Of a DNA stretch of 64,000 bases, positions 9,130-18,786 are shown piece by piece. Each line of letters opens with the position of its first letter. The stretch's first letter is position 1. The position numbers were made by a program, and so were the translations under genes. The DNA is from a virus. Where the stretch lies: the IMG/VR virus record IMGVR_UViG_3300042691_029205, positions 14,911 through 78,910 of that record; one strand, 5' to 3'. Below the pieces are notes generated by a model. It worked only from the letters and a program-made list of their open reading frames with translations. It made no database searches and was not told where the DNA came from.

Positions 9130-9614
9130 TGGCGTTTTTAGGTTTTTCTAACGTCCAAATTAAATGGACAAAAACAGATAGCAATTTAGGTACTGTCGTA
9201 TCAAAAAACCACCGACAGACACAAACTACATGGACTGATATCTATAGTAATAATTATTATGCAGAAGATTTATTATCATTAGAATTAGATATAGCCGCCA
9301 CAGAAACATATACATTAGATTTTAATGCTATTTCTTACGAACGGCTGGGTTTTACACTTGAAAAACAGTGGACTAAACTAAAATTTCTCTATATTGAAAA
9401 TTTAGATACTGAAAATTATATAGATATTGGGTCTAGCGGCCTTTCTTATCCATTAGGAATTGTATGTGAAGACGCTGATATAGGACCATTAGGAGTCTAT
9501 GTCTATTCCGATAAAGCCGGTATTGCTATAAGCGGTTATCAAAAAGATTTTCAGTTAGTAAATAATAGTGGATCGACAATAAGTGTCAGAATCGTAGCTG
9601 CGGGAGAATTCTAA
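9129..9614 (+). CDS. putative virion structural protein, paralog 2
   Basis: KFLYIEN...IGPLG...GIAISG; coupled start/stop. Confidence 0.65.
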   Translation: MAFLGFSNVQIKWTKTDSNLGTVVSKNHRQTQTTWTDIYSNNYYAEDLLSLELDIAATETYTLDFNAISYERLGFTLEKQWTKLKFLYIENLDTENYIDIGSSGLSYPLGIVCEDADIGPLGVYVYSDKAGIAISGYQKDFQLVNNSGSTISVRIVAAGEF

Positions 9615-10483
9615 TGGCTGAATTTTCCGCTGAAATATTTGCTGACATTAATTTTAGACGATCCGAGAAGAGTTCTTACGGAGTCGTTCAAGATGAAGTA
9701 ATTATCAAGCATTCAACCGAACTAGAACGAGGTGTAGGTTTCCAAGAGGCCGAGTCAATTTATAGAACAACTCAGACTCAGCCATCTACAGGAGAAGTGC
9801 TATACCAACTAGAAGATTTACCATTTACTGTTATTGGTGAAGATATATCTACTAGTATTATTGGAACTAATTATAGTAAGATAAAAGGATTTTCTATCTA
9901 TAATAGAAGTTCACAGCCTCTTTATTTTAGATTACCATTCTTTACAGGCCAAATGAGAGTTGGAGCAAGCGGCGAAGTACATTCATCTAATATGGATGGT
10001 TGGGTGGTTTCTTCTGGTGACGAGATAGGGATTAGTGGAAATAGCGGCCAAACATATGATTTATTATTTTTATCTGCTCCAATTCCTTTCGATGTAACCG
10101 GCTCACTTAACGCTAATTATACGTATATTTCACCAGTAGTCTCAACAGGCTATATGAACTATTCGTTTAGCGGCCAATTAAGTATAGGTTTTACTGGTAA
10201 TATTGGACATACTTTAAATATATCTAGTACAGGTAGTTTTAATTATAGTCACTATTTAGATATTACTTCAACTGGAACTGGTAATTATAGTCATCACTTA
10301 GACGTAACTTCTTTAGCCACAACTAATTATTCATTAGCAGACATAACTCCAATCATCCGAAGTATTTTAAATACAAATTATTCTCATTATCAAGATGTAA
10401 CACAACGAGTCTATGGGAATTATTCGTTTAGCGGTGAAGTACCAAGCGGCGATTATGGTATGTTATTTGGTATTTGGTTCTAA
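9614..10483 (+). CDS. putative virion protein, paralog 3, with C-terminal NYS repeats
   Basis: KGFSIYN...VGASG...GWVVS; C-terminal ~14-aa repeats centred on NYS. Confidence 0.65.
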   Translation: MAEFSAEIFADINFRRSEKSSYGVVQDEVIIKHSTELERGVGFQEAESIYRTTQTQPSTGEVLYQLEDLPFTVIGEDISTSIIGTNYSKIKGFSIYNRSSQPLYFRLPFFTGQMRVGASGEVHSSNMDGWVVSSGDEIGISGNSGQTYDLLFLSAPIPFDVTGSLNANYTYISPVVSTGYMNYSFSGQLSIGFTGNIGHTLNISSTGSFNYSHYLDITSTGTGNYSHHLDVTSLATTNYSLADITPIIRSILNTNYSHYQDVTQRVYGNYSFSGEVPSGDYGMLFGIWF

Positions 10484-10496
10484 AAGGAGCAGGAAA

Positions 10497-11135
10497 ATGA
10501 ATATATATATCCAATGTCGAGACGGAGAAGAGGACTTTTTTAATGTAGCGGCTTATACCGTAATTAAAAATACCAGCAAAGAGGTATCAATTTTTAAATT
10601 AAATCCAAAAACATTAAGGGAATCCAAATTATTAATCCGACCACAAGACGAGTTAGCCCGTTATTTTATTCCTCATATGCAAAAATATAATGGACTAGCT
10701 TTATTTTTAGATTGTTATAATTATGTTAATATAGACGTATATGACTTAATAGCTGCCTTTAATACTAAAGCTGCCATTGGAATACCTCAAAATAATGAGA
10801 AACAGCCGTTTTTAGTTTTTAATTGTGAAAATCGACATAATCACGATAAATTATTTCCTAATATGATTAATTCAATGAATTTTAGTCGAAGGGAATTATA
10901 TTTCTGGATTCCTCAGAATGATAAATTCTATTTTCATGAAGGCTGGACTAAAGATAGTATAGTATTTAATGATAAAAAAGATGATTATTTTAGTAATCTA
11001 TTAAAAGAGTCTAAAGAAGAAAAAACACTCTTTGGTTTAATTAAAAAAGAACGCAAAATAAACTTTACAGAGGTCAATGAACAAACAATTCCACAAATTA
11101 CATCGAATCAATGTGGTTGCGGCGGCAAAAAGTAA
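10497..11135 (+). CDS. degenerate GT-A (GT8-like) glycosyltransferase homolog
   Basis: MNIYI...ARYFIPHM.KYNGLALFLDC resembles phage GT8-like SRFLVP..Y.G.ALFMDCD; DxD altered to DCY. Confidence 0.5.
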   Translation: MNIYIQCRDGEEDFFNVAAYTVIKNTSKEVSIFKLNPKTLRESKLLIRPQDELARYFIPHMQKYNGLALFLDCYNYVNIDVYDLIAAFNTKAAIGIPQNNEKQPFLVFNCENRHNHDKLFPNMINSMNFSRRELYFWIPQNDKFYFHEGWTKDSIVFNDKKDDYFSNLLKESKEEKTLFGLIKKERKINFTEVNEQTIPQITSNQCGCGGKK

Positions 11136-11143
11136 CGGTGTAT
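11136..11143 (+). promoter_or_regulatory. putative late-promoter motif CGGTGTA
   Basis: intergenic, upstream of 11183. Confidence 0.55.
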
Positions 11144-11182
11144 TACATGGTATGTGGAAATCTACAAATAGAGGAATAAAAC

Positions 11183-13438
11183 GTGAGTACACCATATAGT
11201 TATAGTCAAAGAGGCACGTTTGCCAGCGGACCAGCAATCGCTATCAAGGAATTTACCGATGGTAGTGGTAATGCTAGAGTTATGCCACAAGTATCTCTTT
11301 CTTTAGCAACTGGTACAGGCGACTATAATGAAATCCAACAGATAGCCCAAAGTGGTACAAATTGTATCCCTATTGCCTTAGTTGGGGCTGACGGAACAGT
11401 TATTGATAATTTTAATAATGGAAGTATAAATGCCCTTAATGTAGCTCTTGTGGATGCAACAGGAGGCCAAGTAACTTCTTTCGGTGGCGGCACTCAATAT
11501 ACAGAAGGAGATTCAGACGCTTCTATTACAGGCGGGGCTATATTATTTGAGGGAACCGGCGATATATTACGAGTTCCATCTAATGATTATCCTCTGCCAA
11601 TCAAATTAATAGACGAAGCTGGTAGCGAAGCTGATATTATTAGCGGTGGTCTTAATGTTAATTTGCAAGATCAATATGGTAATTTAGTAGACACAACTGC
11701 TTTACCTGGATCTATTAATGCTATTAATGTAGCTATTTTAGACAGTAATGGAGATCAGGTAGATATAACTCAGTATTCTAGAGATGATACACCTGCCCCA
11801 ATTAAGGGTTTTGCTATATTCCATGAAGGAACTGGTAATGCTATGCATACTGCTTCGGCAGGAACACCATTTCCTATTAAAATTGTTTCTGATGAAAGCG
11901 ACCATCCTTATTTTTATGCTAGTGGTGAAACGGTAGATGCTTATAGTAAAGGAGTTTTGATTGGTGGCGGAAATACCGGAGACGGGGTAAAACTAACTAA
12001 TGTTATTAATGCTACCACTGAAATAGATACCGCTCAAGCAACCGATCTATACGGAATCGTAACTAATTCGGTTATTCGTTATAGAGACGCGGATAGCGGC
12101 GATTTTACAACCGTTGGTGGAGGTGTAGCGACTCCCGATTATAATAATAGAGGATTATTTGTCCGGCCTATCTTAGGCGATAGGTCAACTTCTGGTACGT
12201 TAGATATGACTGATTCTGCTGCTAATGTGGCTTTTGCTAATATAAATGGATATGCCACAGCAACGGTATCTGTAAGTGGTACATGGACTGGTACTGTAGC
12301 ATTTATGGGTAGTGTGGATGGAACTAACTTCTTTGATATTCCTGGTCATACAGTAGGAAAAGGTCATGAATTTATTGAGACTTTTACTGCTAATGGTGAC
12401 TACACAATTCCAATTGCAGGTTTAAAAGGATTTAAAACACAAGTTAGAACTACTGGTTCAGGAACAGCTAATGTAAGCAGCAGATTAAGTTATGCATCTG
12501 GTCGTATATATGACCTACCAGATGTAGAGACAACCGGCTCTATAGCTATGAGCAGCACCTCAAATGCAGTTACGATGAGTAATATTCATGGTGTAGAAAG
12601 TGCATTAGTAGAGACTACAGGTACATGGACTGGAACTATTATTTGTGAAGGATCATTAGATAATTCAACTTATTATGCTATTTTTGCAAATAATCAAACG
12701 GCGGCTGAAACTTCAATAGCCAGCACCTTCACTTCTAACCAATTACGATCTTTAAATATTACAGGTTTTAATTATTTTAGAGTACGTTGTTCTGTTGTAG
12801 GAACAGGTACAGCCAATGTTCGCATTAAATTAGTAGAGAATTCAAAATCATTTTATTTAGACAAAGGTTTACCAACTGGTACTAACTCTATAGGTACTGT
12901 TGTTACATCAGGTGGAGTTTCTCATGATAGTGCGGATTCTGGACAGCCTGTGAAGATTGGAGGCAAAGCCGTATCTGGAAGACCTACTGCGGTATCAGCA
13001 AGTGATAGAGTTGATGCTTATTACGATTTACATGGATCACAGATGGTTAGAACAGCTAATCAATATCAAGATAATGGTTTTACAGTTAATCATGTACCAG
13101 CCGCGAATACGCAAGCAACTAAAAACCAAGCTGCTGCGGGTTCTGGTTTATGTAATGTATGCACTGGTATATCTGCCACATGGTCAGCAGATGGTACTGC
13201 CCCTACAGCGGCTCAAAGATATGTATATCTAAGAGATGGAGCATCTGGTTCTGGTACTATATTATGGGCAGGAACACTATCGTTACCAGCAACAGCAGGT
13301 GCAAGTACAGGTATAGCAATCAGCGGACTTTGGATCAAAGGGACTGCGAACACCTCAATGACTTTAGAGTTTAGTAGTGCGGGCGGGGCTAATACATACG
13401 AGGTAGTAACAATGACAGGTGTTATTGTAGCAGGCTAA
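11183..13438 (+). CDS. large virion/tail fibre-like protein with internal duplications
   Basis: GTG start, GAGGA RBS; G/T/S/A-rich; two pairs of tandem repeats (GSINA.NVA; GTWTGT). Confidence 0.7.
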   Translation: MSTPYSYSQRGTFASGPAIAIKEFTDGSGNARVMPQVSLSLATGTGDYNEIQQIAQSGTNCIPIALVGADGTVIDNFNNGSINALNVALVDATGGQVTSFGGGTQYTEGDSDASITGGAILFEGTGDILRVPSNDYPLPIKLIDEAGSEADIISGGLNVNLQDQYGNLVDTTALPGSINAINVAILDSNGDQVDITQYSRDDTPAPIKGFAIFHEGTGNAMHTASAGTPFPIKIVSDESDHPYFYASGETVDAYSKGVLIGGGNTGDGVKLTNVINATTEIDTAQATDLYGIVTNSVIRYRDADSGDFTTVGGGVATPDYNNRGLFVRPILGDRSTSGTLDMTDSAANVAFANINGYATATVSVSGTWTGTVAFMGSVDGTNFFDIPGHTVGKGHEFIETFTANGDYTIPIAGLKGFKTQVRTTGSGTANVSSRLSYASGRIYDLPDVETTGSIAMSSTSNAVTMSNIHGVESALVETTGTWTGTIICEGSLDNSTYYAIFANNQTAAETSIASTFTSNQLRSLNITGFNYFRVRCSVVGTGTANVRIKLVENSKSFYLDKGLPTGTNSIGTVVTSGGVSHDSADSGQPVKIGGKAVSGRPTAVSASDRVDAYYDLHGSQMVRTANQYQDNGFTVNHVPAANTQATKNQAAAGSGLCNVCTGISATWSADGTAPTAAQRYVYLRDGASGSGTILWAGTLSLPATAGASTGIAISGLWIKGTANTSMTLEFSSAGGANTYEVVTMTGVIVAG

Positions 13439-13473
13439 TTATATTTACTTTTTTGTTTTAAGGAACTTTTATC

Positions 13474-13827
13474 ATGGCTCAGTTTGAAGAATTATCAGCA
13501 GAACAACAGCAAGCGGTTTTACAGGGTACTTTGTTTATGCGACAAAAGGCTGGTGAGTTTGCTCGCCTAGCTAACTCTATCCAATATTTGTTAATTGGGG
13601 CTGGTAGTGACTATATTACTCAGGCAGTATCCGAATTAGATGATGGTGCTTTGATTCCTCTTTATGATCCAGCATCAGAATTTCGTGGTGCTACTTATAT
13701 GAGTAAAGAAAGATATCTACAGCTAAAAGCATTAGCTCAGGATATTGTTGATCTTAATACAGATACTCAACAAGGTATTAAGGCTGCTACTGTAGAAGCC
13801 GTTGGTCCATTTAGAGTAATTTCTTAA
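13474..13827 (+). CDS. hypothetical protein (possible fibre chaperone)
   Basis: AAGGA RBS; position after fibre-like gene. Confidence 0.6.
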   Translation: MAQFEELSAEQQQAVLQGTLFMRQKAGEFARLANSIQYLLIGAGSDYITQAVSELDDGALIPLYDPASEFRGATYMSKERYLQLKALAQDIVDLNTDTQQGIKAATVEAVGPFRVIS

Positions 13828-13828
13828 T

Positions 13829-14545
13829 ATGCCAATTACTACTATTTTTCAACATACTACTTTTAATAACGCTGAATTAGGCACTATAAGTAGTACAAAT
13901 GTTGGAAGCGGCTATACATCTCAATATACCACTGGTACATATGGATCATTATACGCAAATACTAGTGGTAGTTATTCTGGATATATTTCTAATAATACAG
14001 CTAGTCAATCTGGTACAAATGGATGTAGATATAAAATAAATCATACTAATGGTACTAATCCAATTTTATCAATAATATTAAGATATTATTATGCTGTTAC
14101 AGATGATACATTTCATATATATTTTAATTATATAGATAGTTCAAATTTTTATTGCGTACAAATGACAGGATTAAATAGTTCAACTAGATTTCAAAATTAT
14201 AGAGTTGATAAATATGTAGCTGGGGTTAGAACACAATTACAATGGCAAGGTAATACTCCATTCGTCGGTAGTACAAATGAATATATTAAACTAGACTATG
14301 ACGGATCAAATATTCGTTTATATCAATCTACAAGTTTAACTTTTGGGGCGGCAACATATACAGATGCAGTTAGTGGATTATCTACTTCTTCTGGTAGTTT
14401 ATGTTTAGGAAGTGGTAGGACGGAATATTATAATAATTTTTATTCAACTACACGACATGGAATAAAAGAGATTTACGCTGAAGCAGACGTAGCCGCTACC
14501 TCGACTTACAAAGGTGGTCGAATTATCGGCGGTGGCTTGTTATAA
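13829..14545 (+). CDS. putative virion protein with lectin/concanavalin-like beta-sandwich
   Basis: Y/T/S/G/N-rich; FNYIDSSNFY..., IKLDYDGSNIRLY, SSGSLCLG. Confidence 0.55.
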   Translation: MPITTIFQHTTFNNAELGTISSTNVGSGYTSQYTTGTYGSLYANTSGSYSGYISNNTASQSGTNGCRYKINHTNGTNPILSIILRYYYAVTDDTFHIYFNYIDSSNFYCVQMTGLNSSTRFQNYRVDKYVAGVRTQLQWQGNTPFVGSTNEYIKLDYDGSNIRLYQSTSLTFGAATYTDAVSGLSTSSGSLCLGSGRTEYYNNFYSTTRHGIKEIYAEADVAATSTYKGGRIIGGGLL

Positions 14546-14703
14546 GCAGCCAGCGACGATTGCCAGCGTTTTTTAACTCAGATCGACTCAAACCACGTTT
14601 TCTTATTTTAGGTCGTTTTCCCGCTTTGGAAAAGGCTTGATTTTAAGAAAACAGAAATTGTTTGCGGGTTTCCGTAAAATCCTAAATGTTTTCACTTTCA
14701 TAC

Positions 14704-14732
14704 TTGACGATATTTTTGGGAAATAGTAAACT
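14704..14732 (+). promoter_or_regulatory. sigma70-type promoter
   Basis: TTGACG-17-TAAACT in 350-nt intergenic region. Confidence 0.5.
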
Positions 14733-14850
14733 ATTGGCATAGGGTTAAGTATCATTCTCTTCTTACAGTAAGATATTAATATTATATATCTAAGTGTTAA
14801 CTCTTCCTTAGTATTAAGAATCTGAGTAGAGTATCCAACTGAGTTAAGAA

Positions 14851-14858
14851 CGGTGTAA
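14851..14858 (+). promoter_or_regulatory. putative late-promoter motif CGGTGTA
   Basis: upstream of 14894. Confidence 0.55.
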
Positions 14859-14893
14859 TCTAATATAGATACAACTCACATAAGGAAAACTCT

Positions 14894-15214
14894 ATGAAAC
14901 GCCGAATTCTACACAATAGACGAGAAATTGAAGTAAATGACGAAGATTTAGAACAACTAATGGGCGGCTGGATACCTAACTTCTCTAATTTAACAGACGG
15001 TATAAAAAATAAAGTTCTAGCTTACGTTTTAGAAGAAGTAAAGAAAGCTATAGCCGACCCAGCAAACCGCGAAAAATTTAAATTGGTCATTATGACCTGG
15101 GTTTCTACAAAAGATTTTGGTCCAAAAAGCGAACTAATTAAAGCTCTTTTTCTACCAATGTTGGATGATATCTTGGATGTAATTCTAGAATTAGAAGTAA
15201 AGCAAGGAGAATAA
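14894..15214 (+). CDS. hypothetical protein
   Basis: AAGGA RBS. Confidence 0.7.
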   Translation: MKRRILHNRREIEVNDEDLEQLMGGWIPNFSNLTDGIKNKVLAYVLEEVKKAIADPANREKFKLVIMTWVSTKDFGPKSELIKALFLPMLDDILDVILELEVKQGE

Positions 15215-15215
15215 T

Positions 15216-15692
15216 ATGTTCAATAAGATAATTAACTACACTTTGGTTGTATCAATGTGTATTATAATTGGTTGTAATTTTCGCCATCAAGATGATCCTA
15301 AACCACCAGTACCTCAACCAGTACCAGTTATTGTTGACGAGACAATAGATCGGGACTTTACAGTTGATGTTAAAGACGAAGTGGTTCCACAACCAGACCT
15401 ACCTAAACCAAATGATGAAGTGGCAGGAAAAATTAAGTCTATAACCGACAACTACTTAGACGAAATAGCTGCCAACTACAGCATCATCTGTAATCAAGAA
15501 TTTAAAACAGTTACAGAAGTAATGAATGAACTTACCCGTCTTAATGTGGCTTCTAGGGTTAAGTTTCAAACAGAAATCGGAGCTATACTTAAATCTAAAT
15601 TAGCTACTGATGATGATAAATATAACAAGGAAGTCGGAACAAAGGTATTTTTATCGATTTCCAAAGGTATAAACGACGCTAATAAGGAATAA
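15216..15692 (+). CDS. lipoprotein with Pro-rich linker
   Basis: signal peptide ending IIIGC; PKPPVPQPVP. Confidence 0.65.
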   Translation: MFNKIINYTLVVSMCIIIGCNFRHQDDPKPPVPQPVPVIVDETIDRDFTVDVKDEVVPQPDLPKPNDEVAGKIKSITDNYLDEIAANYSIICNQEFKTVTEVMNELTRLNVASRVKFQTEIGAILKSKLATDDDKYNKEVGTKVFLSISKGINDANKE

Positions 15693-15696
15693 TAAT

Positions 15697-16548
15697 ATGT
15701 TTCATGCTTTAAAGAAGTTTTTTAATAAACACGGCCATTATGGATTAATTAGAAATCGAAAAGTAGAAGAAGAATTTTGTTCTGCTAATCCTTATTCTTT
15801 TGGCGACGATGTTATTCCTCCAGTTGATATTAATCTTATACCAGTATCAATGGGGATCAATAAGTGGCTTAAAACAGAGAACCAACAACAGCTTTCAAGT
15901 TGTGTTGGGCATGGTAGCACTTCTGCCGCAGAAATTGCCTTCTATCGAGAAACACGGCTTGTAGAACAATTTAATCGTATGTTTGCCTATCGTACCGCCC
16001 AAATGATAGACGGTATTACAGGTGATCGTGGTGCAATGATCACTGGAGCCGGAAAAGCTAGTATGAAATTCGGTCATTGCTTAGAATCTATTTGGCCATA
16101 TGTTAATCGTTATCAAACTAAATTACCTGCCGAATGTTTTAAAGATGCAGAAAAACGTAAGATTAGAATGTATAAGGCTTTACGGTCTTATGATGATGTT
16201 CTTCGCTGGCTAGTTCATGGTATTGGTGGTGTTCATATTGGAATTGACTGGAATTCTAGTATGGATAATTATGACTCAAAAGGTCGTATTACTAAATATA
16301 GTCAAGGTGGCGGCGGTCATGCTTTATGTTTAGGTGACTGGAATAAAGAGTTCCTTGATGATAAAGGTCAACCTTTTATTGAAATGTTTAACTCTTGGGG
16401 TGTAAATTGGGGTGTTGGTGGTAGAGCTTATATCCATCCAAAAGTAGTTGATTATTGGTGCAAAGCCGAAGTTGTTATAGGATATTCAGATATGGATGGT
16501 GAAGCTGTAAAGCCTCGTACTTATGACTGGTCAACTTTTTCTATGTAG
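15697..16548 (+). CDS. papain-like (C1) cysteine peptidase
   Basis: NQQQLSSCVG (Gln, Cys), GGHAL (His), NSWG (Asn). Confidence 0.9.
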   Translation: MFHALKKFFNKHGHYGLIRNRKVEEEFCSANPYSFGDDVIPPVDINLIPVSMGINKWLKTENQQQLSSCVGHGSTSAAEIAFYRETRLVEQFNRMFAYRTAQMIDGITGDRGAMITGAGKASMKFGHCLESIWPYVNRYQTKLPAECFKDAEKRKIRMYKALRSYDDVLRWLVHGIGGVHIGIDWNSSMDNYDSKGRITKYSQGGGGHALCLGDWNKEFLDDKGQPFIEMFNSWGVNWGVGGRAYIHPKVVDYWCKAEVVIGYSDMDGEAVKPRTYDWSTFSM

Positions 16549-16558
16549 GATCATAATC

Positions 16559-16720
16559 ATGAAACAATCTAAATTAAAAGAGACTCAATTGAGAATGGAA
16601 CGAAGAAAACAAAGAAGAAAAAGAGCAAATGAATTGAGAAAAAGAGGTATAGTTAGCACTGGTAGTATATCTCTATCTAAAAAAGATGATAGACCAGCTT
16701 TAATAATTCGTTTTCAATAG
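16559..16720 (+). CDS. small basic protein
   Basis: K/R-rich ORF, AGGA upstream. Confidence 0.45.
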   Translation: MKQSKLKETQLRMERRKQRRKRANELRKRGIVSTGSISLSKKDDRPALIIRFQ

Positions 16721-16727
16721 GCGGTCT

Positions 16728-17066
16728 ATGAATCTAAAAGAGTTTGTTACTAAAACATCTGATAATCTGGATGATAGAGGGTTGTGTTCCAATCCTCTTT
16801 TGATTTTGACTATGGTTAGTATTGCTATAAATATAGCTAGATTATGGGTTGAATGTAGAAAAAACAAGTCTGAAATGTATAATATGGCGGTTAAGCCTAA
16901 TTTTACACAAAAAATTTTATTGAAACGTGTTATTAAAAATAATTTACGATCTAAGACTATATCTACAAGTCATACCAATACTGTTTATAATGCTCTAATT
17001 AAAACAGCCGGAAATCTAACAGAGGAAGAGTTTAATAAACTCATTAATAGTATAGATACGGAGTAA
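16728..17066 (+). CDS. hypothetical protein with one hydrophobic helix
   Basis: NPLLILTMVSIAINIARLW. Confidence 0.65.
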   Translation: MNLKEFVTKTSDNLDDRGLCSNPLLILTMVSIAINIARLWVECRKNKSEMYNMAVKPNFTQKILLKRVIKNNLRSKTISTSHTNTVYNALIKTAGNLTEEEFNKLINSIDTE

Positions 17067-17069
17067 GTT

Positions 17070-17870
17070 ATGCTTAATTTTATTCTGCAATCCAATTTAA
17101 TCGAAAATGAAAACTTTGGATTAGTAGCAGAGAAATTAGGTCATAATATATTACGATATAACGATTTAAGTGAATATCTATCTATAGATAACGGTCTTCC
17201 AACTTATGTTCGCTGCTCACTAGATCATTATCTTTCTTACTGGCGAAAGAACAGCCCAAATCCTGGTGTTTGTTTTGAAGCCTCCAACTTTAAATACCTA
17301 GAATACCAGCAATACTGGAACGGCTATCTACTTAATAACAATTTCATCGTTTGCCCGATATCTAATTTAACAGAAGAGTGGTATAATGAGTTTATTCATG
17401 GTGATATGTTTATACGGCCTAATTCTGGCTGTAAATCTTTTACTGGCCAAACAATTTTTAAATATAAAGACCTGAAACAAATTATTGATTTATACCGGCC
17501 ATTACCAAGCGAACTAGCTATTTTCGCACCGGCTCGTCCAATTAGTAATGAAGCTCGCCTAGTTGTGGGGATTGACAAAGATGAAAAACCTGTTATACTA
17601 GCAGGAAGTATGTATCGTATTGATGGGAATGTTCAAAATGAGCGGATTAATAAGGATAGCCGATACTGGAAGTTCGGCCAAAAGGCGGCTGAACAAGTCC
17701 TAGAGAAGTATGGAAATCCTCCGTCTGAATTGTTTACACTTGATGTTTGTTCTGAAAGATGGCGGGATGAACTATATATAGTTGAACTTAACTCTTTTGG
17801 ATGTGCTGGTTTATATGATTGTGAAATAGAGTCGATTATTCATTTCATGGAAAAACAATGGACAACTTAA
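17070..17870 (+). CDS. ATP-grasp protein, R2K/DUF4343-like
   Basis: FIRPNSGCKSFTG, EAR, LDVC, VELNSFGCAGLY. Confidence 0.8.
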   Translation: MLNFILQSNLIENENFGLVAEKLGHNILRYNDLSEYLSIDNGLPTYVRCSLDHYLSYWRKNSPNPGVCFEASNFKYLEYQQYWNGYLLNNNFIVCPISNLTEEWYNEFIHGDMFIRPNSGCKSFTGQTIFKYKDLKQIIDLYRPLPSELAIFAPARPISNEARLVVGIDKDEKPVILAGSMYRIDGNVQNERINKDSRYWKFGQKAAEQVLEKYGNPPSELFTLDVCSERWRDELYIVELNSFGCAGLYDCEIESIIHFMEKQWTT

Positions 17871-17915
17871 TTACTTGGATTTTATCTACCATTATAGCAA
17901 CTGAGGACGAGGATA

Positions 17916-18383
17916 ATGAACAAGATTAATTGCTCTGTTAGATGTATGGTTAATAAAGATTTAGAAAAAGTAACAGATATTGAGCACGAATCTTCTAATT
18001 ATGAAAACATCTTAACGGAAGATGAAATTACAGTTTTTCTGCGTCAGAATGATACGGTTGGCCTTGTAGCCGAAGTGGACGAACAAATAGCTGGTTTTTG
18101 TCTTTACCGGCTAAAAACTAACAGTCTTATTGTGTACCGGCTGGTTGTCTCCCCTTATTACCGGCGTTTTAAAATTGGCACGCAAATTGTTGAAAAACTT
18201 AAACAAAAAATGAGTTTTGGCAACCGCACCCACTTGACAATTGCCGTTTCTGAGCGTAATATAGAGGGACAGCTTTTTCTTCGTGCTAATGGATTTGTTT
18301 GTTACAAGACTAAACCTAATTTTTTTGAAGAAAACGACGCTTACTGTTTTAAATTAGAGGCTAAAAATGCTGTTACCAAGTGA
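17916..18383 (+). CDS. RimI-like GNAT acetyltransferase
   Basis: LVVSPYYRRFKIGT acetyl-CoA motif; VSERN..GQLFLRANGF. Confidence 0.85.
   Translation: MNKINCSVRCMVNKDLEKVTDIEHESSNYENILTEDEITVFLRQNDTVGLVAEVDEQIAGFCLYRLKTNSLIVYRLVVSPYYRRFKIGTQIVEKLKQKMSFGNRTHLTIAVSERNIEGQLFLRANGFVCYKTKPNFFEENDAYCFKLEAKNAVTK
18234..18262 (+). promoter_or_regulatory. sigma70-type promoter (intragenic)
   Basis: TTGACA-17-TAATAT. Confidence 0.55.
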
Positions 18384-18555
18384 ATCTACTGATCGTAAAC
18401 AGTCTATTGCAATTATTTGCTTTGTTGTGTTTATGTCTATATATGTTATTACTGCCATTACTTGCGACTATAATGTTAAAAAAACGGCCATTGAAAAAGG
18501 CTATGAGCAAGATAGCAACGGACATTGGGTGAAGAATAAGGAATTCAATAAATAA
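18367..18555 (+). CDS. small membrane protein
   Basis: single TM followed by KKTAIEKGYEQ. Confidence 0.65.
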   Translation: MLLPSESTDRKQSIAIICFVVFMSIYVITAITCDYNVKKTAIEKGYEQDSNGHWVKNKEFNK

Positions 18556-18573
18556 GGCAGTTTGGTGAAGAAT

Positions 18574-18783
18574 ATGAGTGTCAAAACAGATAAAGATATA
18601 AAAAATGCTATTTCTAATGAAAGTACATCTCAATCTTTTTTTATTGGTTTTGTGTGGGGTATTATATTCTGTACCATTCCAATAGTTTCATGTTATTATA
18701 AAATGTCTACGTATAAGTATACAATTTTTAATCTACAAAACAAAGTTCAAAATTTACAACAAGAAATAGACACAAGGAAATAA
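18574..18783 (+). CDS. small membrane protein with coiled coil
   Basis: TM plus LQNKVQNLQQE; start uncertain. Confidence 0.55.
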   Translation: MSVKTDKDIKNAISNESTSQSFFIGFVWGIIFCTIPIVSCYYKMSTYKYTIFNLQNKVQNLQQEIDTRK

Positions 18784-18786
18784 TAA

